From contig CM052818.1 of assembly GCA_028534125.1 (NCBI GenBank), positions 30,134,001-30,198,000 on the forward strand: a DNA stretch of 64,000 nucleotides, written 5' to 3'. The notes under the pieces were generated by a model. That model was given only the letters and a program-made list of their open reading frames with translations. It was not told where the DNA came from and made no database searches. Each line of letters opens with the position of its first letter. Position 1 is the stretch's first letter. Positions 1 to 10,965 of this stretch are shown here, in pieces. The translations under genes and the position numbers were made by a program. The DNA is from Lama glama. Taxonomy: Eukaryota.

Positions 1-29
1 TACAGGTACTTGTGAAAGTACTTGTAAAC

Positions 30-165
30 TGTAAAAATGAGATCACAGGGAGATTAAATGACTTGTCCGAGATCTCACTACTTGTGAGGACAGGGATAAC
101 AACAAGCCAGAGTATGAACTCAGGCTGTTTGACTCCAGAAGCCATACTCGTAACTTAACCCTCCT
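30..165 (-). mobile_element. MIR SINE fragment
   Basis: Core-like GAGATTAAATGACTTGTCCGAGATCTCAC...GAACTCAGGCTGTTTGACTCCAGA. Confidence 0.65.
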
Positions 166-1214
166 GCTCAAACCTTCAGTGGCTTGCAGTAAAAAAAAAA
201 AAAAAGACTACAAATAATCGCATTTAAATGTAACTGGGGGCATTCTTCCAAAACAGTTTTTAAATCTCAGGACACATGCTGAAACTATAGACTAGCATTT
301 CAAAGATTTTCTCTCTCAAGACCCATTTGGGGCGAACTTTTCTGTTAATATGAAAGGTTCCCCTGAACAGGCTTCTGATGCAAATCAAGCCCCCCATCTT
401 TTTGGTAGGAAAAACAAACTAGTAACCTAAACACTAAATTTAAACTTAGTGTACTTTAATCTTGTACTATATTGAAAAGAATAAAAGGCAAATTTTTTTC
501 TGTTAGCCTATATTACTTTTTTGGGGTTGGGACAAAAAATATTTCTTCCCGTGAATTTATATTGCCTTCACCTGTAAACCAGCATTCTCCAAAGCTCATG
601 ACCCAGAGATGTTCTGAAATAAAACAATTCCATAATCAAAAAAATTGAGGAAAGAACTCCCCCTATATTTCTTCTCTTAGGAGATTTATAATACATATTA
701 TCATTTAAAAAGCTCTGAGACCTCTTCGGATAAAGAATACTGTTTAACCTCCTTTATCAACATCTCACAAATTCATATCACCACAGAATCCTGCAAAACC
801 AGTGTTTCAAAGAGCGCTCTTTAGTGTAACTTGTTCCTTGTTTTGGGGAGTGTTTTTGTTTGAGTACTTGCTGAGACCCCCCCCCCCCACCGCCGGACAG
901 CAGTGAAGTGTTTCAGGACCCTGGGTAAGATTCCTGGAACTGTTCGTGAAAATGAAACTGGGCAAGACAGAGTGAAGTTTAGCATCAACTGTGTTGTCGA
1001 TGTCTTTCTGCACGTGGAGTTGAGAGCAAATATTCCTGACATTGAAAACGTACTGATTTTCATGGCAAGTCTATTTTGAAGTGATAGCCTTTTGAGAGCC
1101 TCCAGCCCAACCATTTTGGGCATGGGTAGCGATCACCTAAAGGAAGTAGAAATTCCCACAATCATTCTGGAAAGAGGAATTTGCAGGAATCAGAAATGTG
1201 GACTCAAAAAGCTG

Positions 1215-1872
1215 GCATTATTGATACAGAAAAAGCATTTGATAAAAATCCAACATCCATTCAAGGAAAGAAAGCCTCTTAGCAGACTAAAAGTGGAGGG
1301 AAATTCCCCAGCTTGATAAAAAAAAAAATCCACAAAAAACCCTACAGCTAACAGCATACTCAAAATGAATGAAGTAGAATGAAGTAGAACTGAAGTAGAA
1401 TCTCAAACAGCAACAACAACAACAACAACAACAAAAGGACACAAATGAACTTATTTACAAAATAGAGACAGACTCACAGACATAGAAAACAAACTTACAG
1501 TTACCAGGAGGGAAAGAAGATGGGGAGCTCAGGATTTGTAGATACTAACTACTAAATATATAATAGGTAAACAAGGTCCTAATCCATGTAGCACAGGAAA
1601 CTATATTCAATGCCTTGTAATGGCCTATAGTGAAAAAGAATATGAAAAGGAATACATGTATAAATGAGTCAGTATACGGTACACCAAAAATTAACACAAC
1701 ATTGTAATGGACTATACTTCCATTAAGAAAAAAACGGTAAAAGACTGAATGCTTTCCCCTCTAAAATCAGGGACAAGTCAAGGACATCCACTCACCTCTC
1801 TTTTTTAACACAGTACTGGAAGTTCTAGAACTTAATGGAAGTCACTGCAACAAGGCAAGGAAAAGAAATAAT
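1215..1872 (+). mobile_element. Old L1 ORF2 (RT) fragment interrupted by a younger L1 3' end (about 1400-1735)
   Basis: GATACAGAAAAAGCATTTGATAAAAATCCAACATCCATTC (degenerate DAEKAFDKIQHPF), resuming at about 1736. The nested segment has artiodactyl L1 3'UTR motifs (ACAAATGAACTTATTTACAAAA..CAGACTCACAGACATAGAAAACAAAC). Confidence 0.8.
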
Positions 1873-2229
1873 AAAGAGAGAGGACAGAGTTTCTCACCCC
1901 CACCCGCCCCTCGATTTCCCTTGTGCAGCCACTGGTGGTGAGGGACCCTTCTCTAGTAGGAAGAGTAGAGGCTGAGGTCTAAAAGAGACGAGCTGTCCCA
2001 GAACTGCAAGATGAAGACTGGCAGAGGAGTAAGCAGGGGCTCTAGCTGAGTGGAGGCCTGGGTCTGGCACCATGTAGGAGCAGGGAGAGAGGCAAAACTG
2101 ATTCTGAAGCACACACAGCAAACACTATCCCTAGGAAGTACTAGAGAGACTCTGAGTGAATGGCTGTCACACCACAGGAACTAGAATTTGGGCATTTTTA
2201 TAACATACTCCAGTAAAACCCACAATACA

Positions 2230-2230
<1 letters not shown>

Positions 2231-2270
<40 letters not shown>
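2231..2270. repeat. (CA)n microsatellite
   Basis: About 20 uninterrupted CA units. Confidence 0.95.
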
Positions 2271-2272
<2 letters not shown>

Positions 2273-2574
2273 CATATACAAAACTGCATAAAGCAAATGC
2301 TTGATATGATAAGAGAATCTAAATTCGGGGAGGGGAACTTTAGTGACAGTAAAGGAATCTCTAAACTAAAAAAATAAAAATTGAAAATCAATACACTGGT
2401 GCCCAATTAACTTCTCTGCTGAAATTTACAGGGATACTTGCTTTGTCCCAAAGCAGAGTACCATGAAGTTCTAACAATTTCTAATTGAAAGGCTGATCAC
2501 CTACGAACTCCTTCTATCTGGCCTATATTGACAGCCAGTATACGTATCATTAAAATTCACCCTCAGGACAAAAC

Positions 2575-3640
2575 AACAATGAGAAGCCAGTTCACACTCA
2601 TTAGGGTGACTACTACTAAAAACAAAGCAAACAGAAAGCACAGGAAATAAATGCTGAAAAGAATGTGGAGAGATTGGAACCCTTGTGCACTGTTGGTGAG
2701 AATGTAAAATTGTGCAGTTGTTGTGGAAAATAGTATGGTGGTTCCTCAAAAAAAAAATTAAAAATAGAGTTACCAGCAATTCCATTTCTGGATACATTCA
2801 AATTCTACTTCTGAGTATATTCAATTTCACTTCTGGATATATCCTAATATATTCAAAAGACCTGATAGGAGGGTCTCGAAACACCCATGTTCGTAGCTAA
2901 ATTATACATATGTATATATATGTATACACACACACACACATGCGCGCGCGCACACACACACACAGGAATATTATTCAGTCTTAAAAAGGAAGGAATTTCT
3001 GACTTATGCCACAACAGGGATGAGCCTTGAGGACATGCTCAGTGAAATAAGTTAGTTGCAAAAAGACAAATGCCACATGATTCCACTTACATAAGGTACT
3101 TAGAACAGTCAAATTCTTAAAGACAAAGTGGAATGGTGGTTGCAGAGGCTGGAGGGAAGGGGGAATGGGGAGCTGTTAAATGGTTACAGAGTTTCAGTCA
3201 TGCTAGATGAAAAGAGTGCTATGGATTAATGGTGGTGATGGTAGCACAATAATGTGAATGTACTTAATGCTGCTGAACTGTGAACTTAAAAATGGTTACA
3301 ATGGGGAGCTCCTTTCTCTCTGCTAGCTGGGATAATGCCATAGTCATGAAGAGCTGAATAAAGCCAAATCTTAAAATTTAAAAAAAAATGGTTATGATCA
3401 TACCATGACACACCTATTAGAATGTATTGGTTCATTTACTACAAAAAATACGACATTTAGATGCAAGATGTTAATAATAAGAGAAATGATTGCAGGCGGG
3501 GGGGCTATATGGGAATTCTCTGTACCATCTGCTCAATTTTTCTATAAATCTAAAACTGTTCAAAAAATTAAAGATTTAATTTTTTAATGTTAAAATGATT
3601 AAAATTTTATATGTGTTTTACACAATTTTTTTAAATAAAA
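2575..3640 (+). mobile_element. L1MB-type 3' region with nested insertions (LTR-R retrocopy, L1MC-like 3' end) and an internal alternating purine-pyrimidine tract at 2903-2964
   Basis: GAGATTGGAACCCTTGTGCACTGTTGGTGAGAATGTAAAAT; GGAATATTATTCAGTCTTAAAAAGGAAGGAA; TGAACTGTGAACTTAAAAATGGTTA. Confidence 0.8.
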
Positions 3641-4052
3641 AATTTTCACTGTCAGGAGAAAACAGAAGCATAGTCCACATTTGTTTCTTATTACTGGGAA
3701 GGAATTTGAATTTCCCCAGTCTTTAAAGATTCAGTTTTATTTCACATCACTGGTATCCTAGTGTCCTGGAAAGAGGCCAGATCTAGGGCTGTTACAGGAT
3801 GTGTATATTTAGGATGTGAATACCATGATTTCTAGGAGGGAAATGCTGTCAGAAGGAACAATAGCATGCTAGCTCCAAATATTGGGTCTAGTGCCAAAGA
3901 TCAGTCTTCATAAAGTTAATATGTATCTGGGAGATACTCTTTTCAAAAAATTACTCTCCGTAGTAATTTGCACAAACTTACTAGATTTGTATGAGGTTTT
4001 CTGTACTTCAAAAATTGTATAGGTAATCATCTTTAAATGTGCCAGGATTTCT

Positions 4053-4122
4053 TTTTAATTTTTTTGTATCATCGTATAGTTGATTTACAATGTTGTTTTA
4101 GTTTCTGGTGTACAGCAAAGTG
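4053..4122 (-). mobile_element. L1 3' terminus fused to the U6 copy
   Basis: CACTTTGCTGTACACCAGAAACTAAAACAACATTGTAAATCAACTATAC + A-rich tail; same motif as the L1 3' ends at about 1680-1730 and 34120-34180. Confidence 0.85.
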
Positions 4123-4226
4123 AAAAAATATGGAACACTTGCTGAATTTGCACGTCATCCTTGCACAGGGGCCATGCTGATCTTCTCTGTATCCAATTTT
4201 AATGTATGTGCTGCCGAAGTGAGCAC
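4123..4226 (-). pseudogene. RNU6: U6 snRNA retropseudogene (5' part of a U6-L1 chimera)
   Basis: Minus strand reads GTGCTCACTTCGGCAGCACATACATTAAAATTGGATACAGAGAAGATCAGCATGGCCCCTGTGCAAGGATGACGTGCAAATTCAGCAAGTGTTCCATATTTTTT, i.e. full-length U6 with CpG decay and a 4-nt deletion. No Pol III promoter evident upstream. Confidence 0.95.
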
Positions 4227-5629
4227 TATGCCAATGTTTCTTACTTTCCTTCTCTTACATGTTTTTACTGTTTTTCCTACTTCTGCTTTCTTTATAGTTT
4301 TCTTGCCCTTCTTATGAAAAGTGTGTGATACCATGTAAAGATGAGAAGTCAAACAAATTACCTCCTAAGCATGATGCAGTGTTTGGGAGGATGTACTAAC
4401 GTGTGCAATTTATTATGAAATGCATAAAAAAAGATAGATTGGGGATGGATGAATAGAGGAATGGATTAAAGTGGGTAGATATGTGATAAAGCAAGTATAG
4501 TAAAACATTAATGGCGGAGTCTAAATGGTCATTAAAAAGTGGTTTACTATGAAAAGTCTCTCAATATTTCTATGTGTTTGAAATTTTTCATAATAAAATG
4601 TTTAAAAATACTTACCAGAATGAAAATATAAAATTAAACACTTATAATCTCCCTCCATCTCCCTCCAAAAACATTATTTTCCAGGGCAGTTTTGTCACTA
4701 TGTAGCAACAATGAGCAAGCTGCCAGAGCTTCCTAACTCTGTCGCCTCCTGTGTTAAATTATAAAGCCGGACAAAATCATCAGTTTCCAAATGTTATTTT
4801 ATGTGTTTGCAGCATCACAGTCATTCTGGAGCCCCACCCTAACCCTATAAAATTAGACTCTCACAGAATCCGTATTTTTTATACAAGCATCTCACAGGAT
4901 TTTGATACCAACCAGGTTTGAAAAACTTTGAACTACAGAGTCTCTTCCTATTCTGGAATGATTACCTGTTTATACTAAACCCTTACTAGGAACACATGTT
5001 CTTAAATTTTTCAAGGCCCAGGGATCTTATTAAAATATAGATTCTGGGGGTGGGGATCTTAGATTCTGCGTTTAACAAGTTCCCAGCTCTGAGGCCAGCG
5101 CTTGATGATACCTGGACCATATTTTGAGAATCAGAGCTAGAAGATCAGAAGCAAAAGTCAGGGGAATGTTCTATTGCTTCAGAGGTTCAATTCTTCCTTC
5201 TTGGCCAAACCACATTCACAGGAAGTGAAGCATGTTGAACAGCTTCCATTTTCTGAATTTGATGTAGAATAACCATAAGGAAAAGCCTAGTGCCTTTTTT
5301 GGTGCGAACAGTCATTATTGCTGGAGAAAAGTTTATGTAGCATTTAATTGAAAGGCTTGGATACCTGATCCACTTACCTTTGACACTTTCAGGCAATCAT
5401 AAAAAATTCACCAGGCTGTTCTGGATTAAAGATAGATATCTTCAGGAGCTACAAGTATGATAAGGGTAAGTATAGGACTGCAGCCTGAAATTAAGGAAAT
5501 AGTCATGGACTGAAAAAACAAACAAAACAACAGTGGAAACTCATTGGAAGTCATTAAAGTGCCTGGAAAGTTCATTCGATTTCCTTCTTGCATTCATACA
5601 CTATCTGATTTACCTTTCTAAAAATAATT

Positions 5630-6650
5630 TCAAACATTTATTGACAATTTATTATGGCCTATGTTAGGTATTTATTAAGCATTTACTACATACACGGCAC
5701 TAGTGATAAAGATGGAAGAAACAATAGTTTAACAAAGAAACAGACATCAACTTTGCTCCTTGTAGATTACAATCAAATAAGATGACAGACATCAAATCAT
5801 TATCCAAAAAAAAAAAAATGTGACTGCAAACGTGATAAGTTTATGAAGGAAAAATTTATAGTGCTATGAAAAAGTGACCAGAGAGTCAAGTTAGGCTTTT
5901 GAACATATGTGGACATCAAGCTGACATCTAAAACCTGACAAGGAAATACCAGTTGAAGAGGAAAGTATTTAGGAGCATTTTGGAAAAGGGAATACTCTAG
6001 GCTGTATGAAGGCCCTGGGGCATTTTGCTTTTTCCAGCGAGTGCAGCTGGAGTTGAGTAGGCCGTGGGAAGAATGGCACAGATGAGGTTCAGGAGGGAGG
6101 CAGGGACCAGCTTACGTAGAAGCTGATAGGTATGGGCCTCAATGAGAAATCTGGACTTCATACTAAGCGCAAGGGAAAGCCATTTAACAATGCAGTGACA
6201 GGATCTGATTTACCTTTAAAGAGACCACTCTGCTATGCAAAGAGTAAATCTAAAGGCAACAAGCAGGGCTCAACTAGGGAGCAGCACTCACCTTGGGTGC
6301 AAAATTTAAAGAGCTGCCAAAACACTCAGTGATCCAGATAAACCATATTTTAAAGCAGTATTTTAAAAATCAAATCTACAAACTACGGCCTACAGTCCAG
6401 TTCCCTGTTTTTGAAAATCAAGTTCTCAGGGCGGAGATTAGATTAGGAAAAGTACAATGGGATTGTGCTAGTGTAGATCCTGTCTTTAAATTTTAATGCT
6501 TTCCCACCATTTTTTGGTATTTGTTTTGGTTTTAAAAAGTATTTCATTAAAATACAATTTATCTGGATCACTGAGGTTTTTGGCACCCCTTTAAGTGCCT
6601 CACTTGTCTCACCCTACAGAAGCAGAAATAGGAAAACCAATTAGAAGATC
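5630..6650 (-). mobile_element. L2 LINE 3' fragment (interrupted by hAT MITEs)
   Basis: CAAACATTTATTGA.. L2 3' tail in reverse plus purine-rich L2 body (GTGACAGGATCTGATTTACCTTTAAAGAGACCACTCTG). Confidence 0.65.
6264..6616. mobile_element. Two MER96B-like hAT non-autonomous elements in inverted orientation
   Basis: CAGGGC termini at 6264 and 6427; GGGTGCAAAATTTAAAGAGCTGCCAAAA body; the two arms are reverse complements of each other. Confidence 0.65.
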
Positions 6651-7014
6651 ATTCCTCTGTTCATTCATTCAACTGATCATGATGCTGAATAGTCCTTCTG
6701 ATGAGCAATCTCATACGTAAAGTAGCAGCTGCAGTGAACTTTTCAATACAAGCACTGGGCTGTACACAGTTTGAAAATTACCTTGGATATACTTTACCAC
6801 AATTGTAAGGTGCAAAATGTTGTTATTCCTGTTTTATGGATGAGGCCACTGAAGTCCTAACAAGTTAAGGAAGTTAGGGAGAGGTTAAAGGAATAAGGAA
6901 GATTATATAGTAGTAAATGGAGGAGCCAGTGTTTGAACTTTGAACTCCCGTCTGACTTCATAGCCTGTCCCTTTAGTCACTATTCTAAACTTCCCACAGA
7001 AAGGCATATATTTT

Positions 7015-7198
7015 TTTCATTTTCACTTATTTATTTATTTATTGAACTATAGTTGATTTACAACACTGTGTTAGCTTCAGGTGTATAGCACAGTGATTCA
7101 GAAGTGTATAAATGTGTATATTCTTTTTCATATTCTTTTCTATTGTAGGTTATTACAAGATATTGAATATAGTTCCCTGTGCTCTACAGTAAATCTTT
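7015..7198 (-). mobile_element. Short artiodactyl-type L1 3' end
   Basis: TTTATTGAACTATAGTTGATTTACAACACTGTGTTAGCTTCAGGTGTATAGCACAGTGATTCAG...TTCCCTGTGCT; degenerate TSD GAAAGG(C/T)AT..TTTT. Confidence 0.85.
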
Positions 7199-7684
7199 GA
7201 AAGGTATGATTTTATTAATTTGATATTAATGCTCAAAAGGAACATGGTGTAATGAGAGGATGGCTTGGATCAGAGGATCTTGTTCTAACCCTGGCTTTTC
7301 CACGTGTCCCTCACTCTGTCTCTCTGAGCAGTAGATCTCAATCACTGGAGCCCTTCAGGCCTCTAGGGGAACTTCCTTGTCCCACAACAGACCTACTGTA
7401 TTGGAATTGTTTTCATATGGGAAGGCAGCCTCAGGGTAGATAGATCTGACTCTTTTAAGCAAAACTGTCAATTTGGACTTTTTATGTGAAATATCCCAAT
7501 TTCTTAATATTAGCAAGGAATTCACAATTGTTAAAAAAAACACAAAAATGTCCATGTAGACAAACAAATTATATTTTTGGGCTTAACTTAGCTGGGCCTC
7601 TACTTTAAGAGAGTTGCCAACAGAATCTTTCTACTGAAGAGAATATACTTTCCTTAAAAACATGTCTTAATGTAAACTTTCTAA

Positions 7685-8420
7685 AAATTCAACCAGACTG
7701 AAGGAAACCCAAAAGAGAATATAAATTACAACAAATGAACTTCACTTTATTACAAATAAATAACATAAGCACATTAAAGGGAATGAAGCAGAGAAGGACT
7801 AATCTAAGTGGCTTTGAAAACATGTATGTTGACTATATACTGTAAGTTTAAGAAAAGAATTACTGCGTGAAGTACTGTACCTTAGTGAACTTGTTTCTCA
7901 CAGGCATACAGGTTATTAGCAGTTCTGAAATTCCTTTACATAGCAACATCACATACCCCATGATGTCACATCCTCCTGGTAAGGACATCACTTTGAAGTT
8001 TCCTGCTAAAAATGCATAGCTTCAATCTGATCAAGAGAAAAATATCAGACAGATTCAAATGAAGAGACAACCTACAAAGAACTGTACTCTTCACAATTTC
8101 AATATTCTCCAAAAGTTTTATGGTCACGAGGACAAGGAAAGACTGAGGAACTGTCACAGACTGGAGGAGATTTAAGGGGACATGATGACAAAGTTCAATG
8201 TGGGACCTGGGATTGGATCCTGGAACAGGAGAAGGACACTAACGGAAAATCTGATGAAATCCAAATAACGTCGGTCATTTAGTTAATACTATTGTACTAT
8301 TACTGTTAATTTCTAGGTTTTGATAAATGTACTATGGTTATGAAAGATGCTGACATTAGGGAAATCTGGGTGATAGGTATTCAGAATCAGTGTGTCTAAA
8401 TTATTTCAAAATAAAAAGTT
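7685..8420 (+). mobile_element. Ancient L1MC-type 3' region
   Basis: ACAAGGAAAGACTGAGGAACTGTCACAGACTGGAGGAGA...GGATTGGATCCTGGAACAG...AAATTATTTCAAAATAAAAAGTT. Confidence 0.75.
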
Positions 8421-9649
8421 CATACACACACACACACACACACACACACTTCTTAACGGCTGCTTTTGGTTGATTGAGGCCCACTGAAATGGACTGGGAG
8501 CCAAACTTCTTTGCTTAAGAAGTTCACAGGACTTTGGAGAGTGACACTAGAGGACAGGGGAGAAGGTCAAAGAGGAGACAAGCACCCAGCTACAAGGCTC
8601 TCTGTGGAGAGGCAATCATGAAGGGAGAGTGGCTGAGGGGCTTTTAAGAACAGCCTCCAAGCTGAGGTTCTTTCTTTGGCTATAATGTGGTACCATGTGC
8701 TCCTTGAGTAAATGTGCTCCTTGTAGCCTTGTGGTGGTGCTTTGGGAACTGAATATATCAGGATGAAGCAGAGCTGTAACACAGGGCAGCAAAGGGACAA
8801 CACTGGACAACACCGTGTGGGAGATAAAACAGCAGAGAGGAAAAAAATCCAGACAAGTCAGTAGAAGCAAGAACTCAAAGACAGAGACAGCTAGGAAATA
8901 TGTGGGTACCATGGGAACTTCAGAGGTTTTGGAGGAATATTGGGTTTCCCAGGATATTGTGCTTCTGGACTATTTTGCTTAAAGTTTATTTTATGCTATA
9001 TTTAAAAAATCATTCCCTCTCCTTCCCCCTTTCCCTTACCCACCCTGCCTTCCCTCCCTCCTTTTGTCTTCCATTTGCCTAGCTTCTCCTCCTCTGCCAC
9101 TAACAGTTAACCACTGTTGTTAGTTTCATATCATTCTAGAACTTTTAAACACTTACTTACAATCAAATAAGAATGTATCTTGTCCTTTTTACTATTACAC
9201 ATTAGAAGCTAGATATTATGGTGATTCTAGCAGAACTGCAAGGTGAATTGTACATGTATTACTTATTTTGATAGATAGTGCTGAACTGTCCCATAAAAGG
9301 GAAGTTTGCTTAATCAATTTTACTTAATTTTAGAGGACAAGTTGATCATTGGAGTCCTAAGGGACAAGCTGGCAAGTGAAACTGTTTTTCACAAGGTCCT
9401 AATGAAAGTCATAGAGGATCTACGATAGGGTGACCCAAATCTAAGTACATTAGGGCTACCTTCCTCCGCAAAACTATCTTAAGGCTCTCAGGTCTTCCTT
9501 ATCATTTCTAATCCATGTTTTTTCATAATGAAAATACGAGCAATTCCACATTTAGGAATTTCCTATGGATATGCCTGCAGACTTGTGAAATGGCATGTGT
9601 ACAGGATTGTTTCTCAAAGCTTTATTTGTAGTAGCAAAAGAAGTAAGCA

Positions 9650-9797
9650 GGGGGAGGGTATAGCTCAAGTGGTAGAGCACATGTTCAGCATGCAGGAGGC
9701 CTCGGGTTCAATCCCCAGTACCTCCTCTAAAAAAATTAAGTTAGTAAATCTAGTTACTTCCCCACCAAAAAACAACAAAAATTAATTAATTTTTTTT
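9650..9797 (+). mobile_element. tRNA-derived camelid-type SINE (Vic-1-like)
   Basis: A box TAGCTCAAGTGG, B box GGTTCAATCC, A-rich tail; TSD AAAAGAAGTAAGCA (9636-9649) / AAAAAATGTAAGCA (9798-9811); inserted in an old L1. Confidence 0.85.
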
Positions 9798-10354
9798 AAA
9801 AAATGTAAGCAATCAAAGCATACATAAATAGGGAACTAAATAAATTGTAGTTAAAAATAATACAATGGAATACTAGGTATCTATAAATAAGAATGGAGAG
9901 GCTTTTTTTGTGGTGATGTAGCATAATCTCCTAGACCTACTGGGAAGTGAAAAAATACAGATCAGAGCAAGGTGCATAACTACCATCATTGTGTAAAAAG
10001 GGAGAGAGAATATGATACACATATATGCTTATATTTGTGTATATAAAATACCTCTGAAGCATATGCATGAAAGATGTGATTTTTTCCTCATGGACCTTTC
10101 AAGTTTTGAACGATATGAATGCATTACCTACTCACAAAGTAATACTGTCAAATAAATTTTTTGAAAGGAGAGAAGATTGACCAATATGGTACTAGTGTTA
10201 AAAGCAAATCAAGCCCACAGTGATTGTAAACACCGTGGGAAAATGTTTGATCTTGAATTCAGCATCTCTACACAGCACCTGGCATCCAGCTGACACCTTG
10301 AGTGGTCCTTCCTGTTCCCACTCAGTGTACTTCTTTGCACCTTAAAGTTGGTGT

Positions 10355-10965
10355 GTCATTTTAGTGGATAATGTGGATTGGTTCACACAGCCTGCATTCT
10401 ATCCTCCTCCAGGGTACATTCCTGTACTGGAGAGGCTAGAACACTAAATTCTACAGTCCTTCCTCCTTTGCAGGTACAGCTCTGGATGTGAATTAGCTTC
10501 CACAAATTAGACACATTCGTGTGAAATTTGGGAGGCACCATCAAGGTGGATGCTATTTTCCTGTTCCTCTGGCTAATTTTTCTGCTGCAGGGTGAGGTCG
10601 TTCGAATGCATGGGTTTATTTTTTACAGCGGCACTTTCAGTATTCCTTCTATACAGCTTCCTGGGGGTTGAGATGCAGTTACTGTGGCAACAGGAGCCAT
10701 AGCGGATTCCTGAACCCTGGAATGTATCCATGGTATTGTGGTCTTGAAGTCAATCATTCCAAGTAGTGCCCTCAGAAGGCAGTTTCCCCTGGTGAGTCAG
10801 TTCTGTAGTGTTGTAAGAGTCATTCCTGGAGTCCCAGCCTAGAATCTGCTCCTTCAGCCCTTTCAAAGATTTTCTGAGCACATAAATCTGCATTATAAAT
10901 CCCTTCGTGCTTAAAATACTTTCAATGGTTTCTGTTTCCTGCACTGAACCCTGGTTGGTAGATCA
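10355..10965 (+). mobile_element. ERVL LTR (LTR33-like)
   Basis: CTCTGGATGTGAATTAGCTTCCACAAATTAGACACATTC and terminal ATAAATCCCTTCGTGCTTAAAATACT..TGGTTTCTGTTTCCTGCACTGAACCCTG. Confidence 0.6.

Noticed and set aside
807..1316. 68-100 aa ORFs near the window start
   Set aside because: No recognisable domain or splice context; the 1092-1316 ORF runs into a degenerate L1 RT fragment.
1368..1433. AATGAAGTAG x3 and (AAC)n runs; also the 23/24-bp tandem duplications considered as CRISPR-like arrays
   Set aside because: Simple tandem repeats with no spacers in a mammalian genome.
4123..4226. Functional U6 snRNA gene
   Set aside because: 4-nt deletion upstream of the ACAGAGA box, CpG decay, L1 fusion and TSDs mark it as a retropseudogene.
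9650..9725. tRNA-like sequence (also 34975-35043 and 45722-45795)
   Set aside because: These are SINE heads with tails and TSDs, not tRNA genes; no proper acceptor stem.
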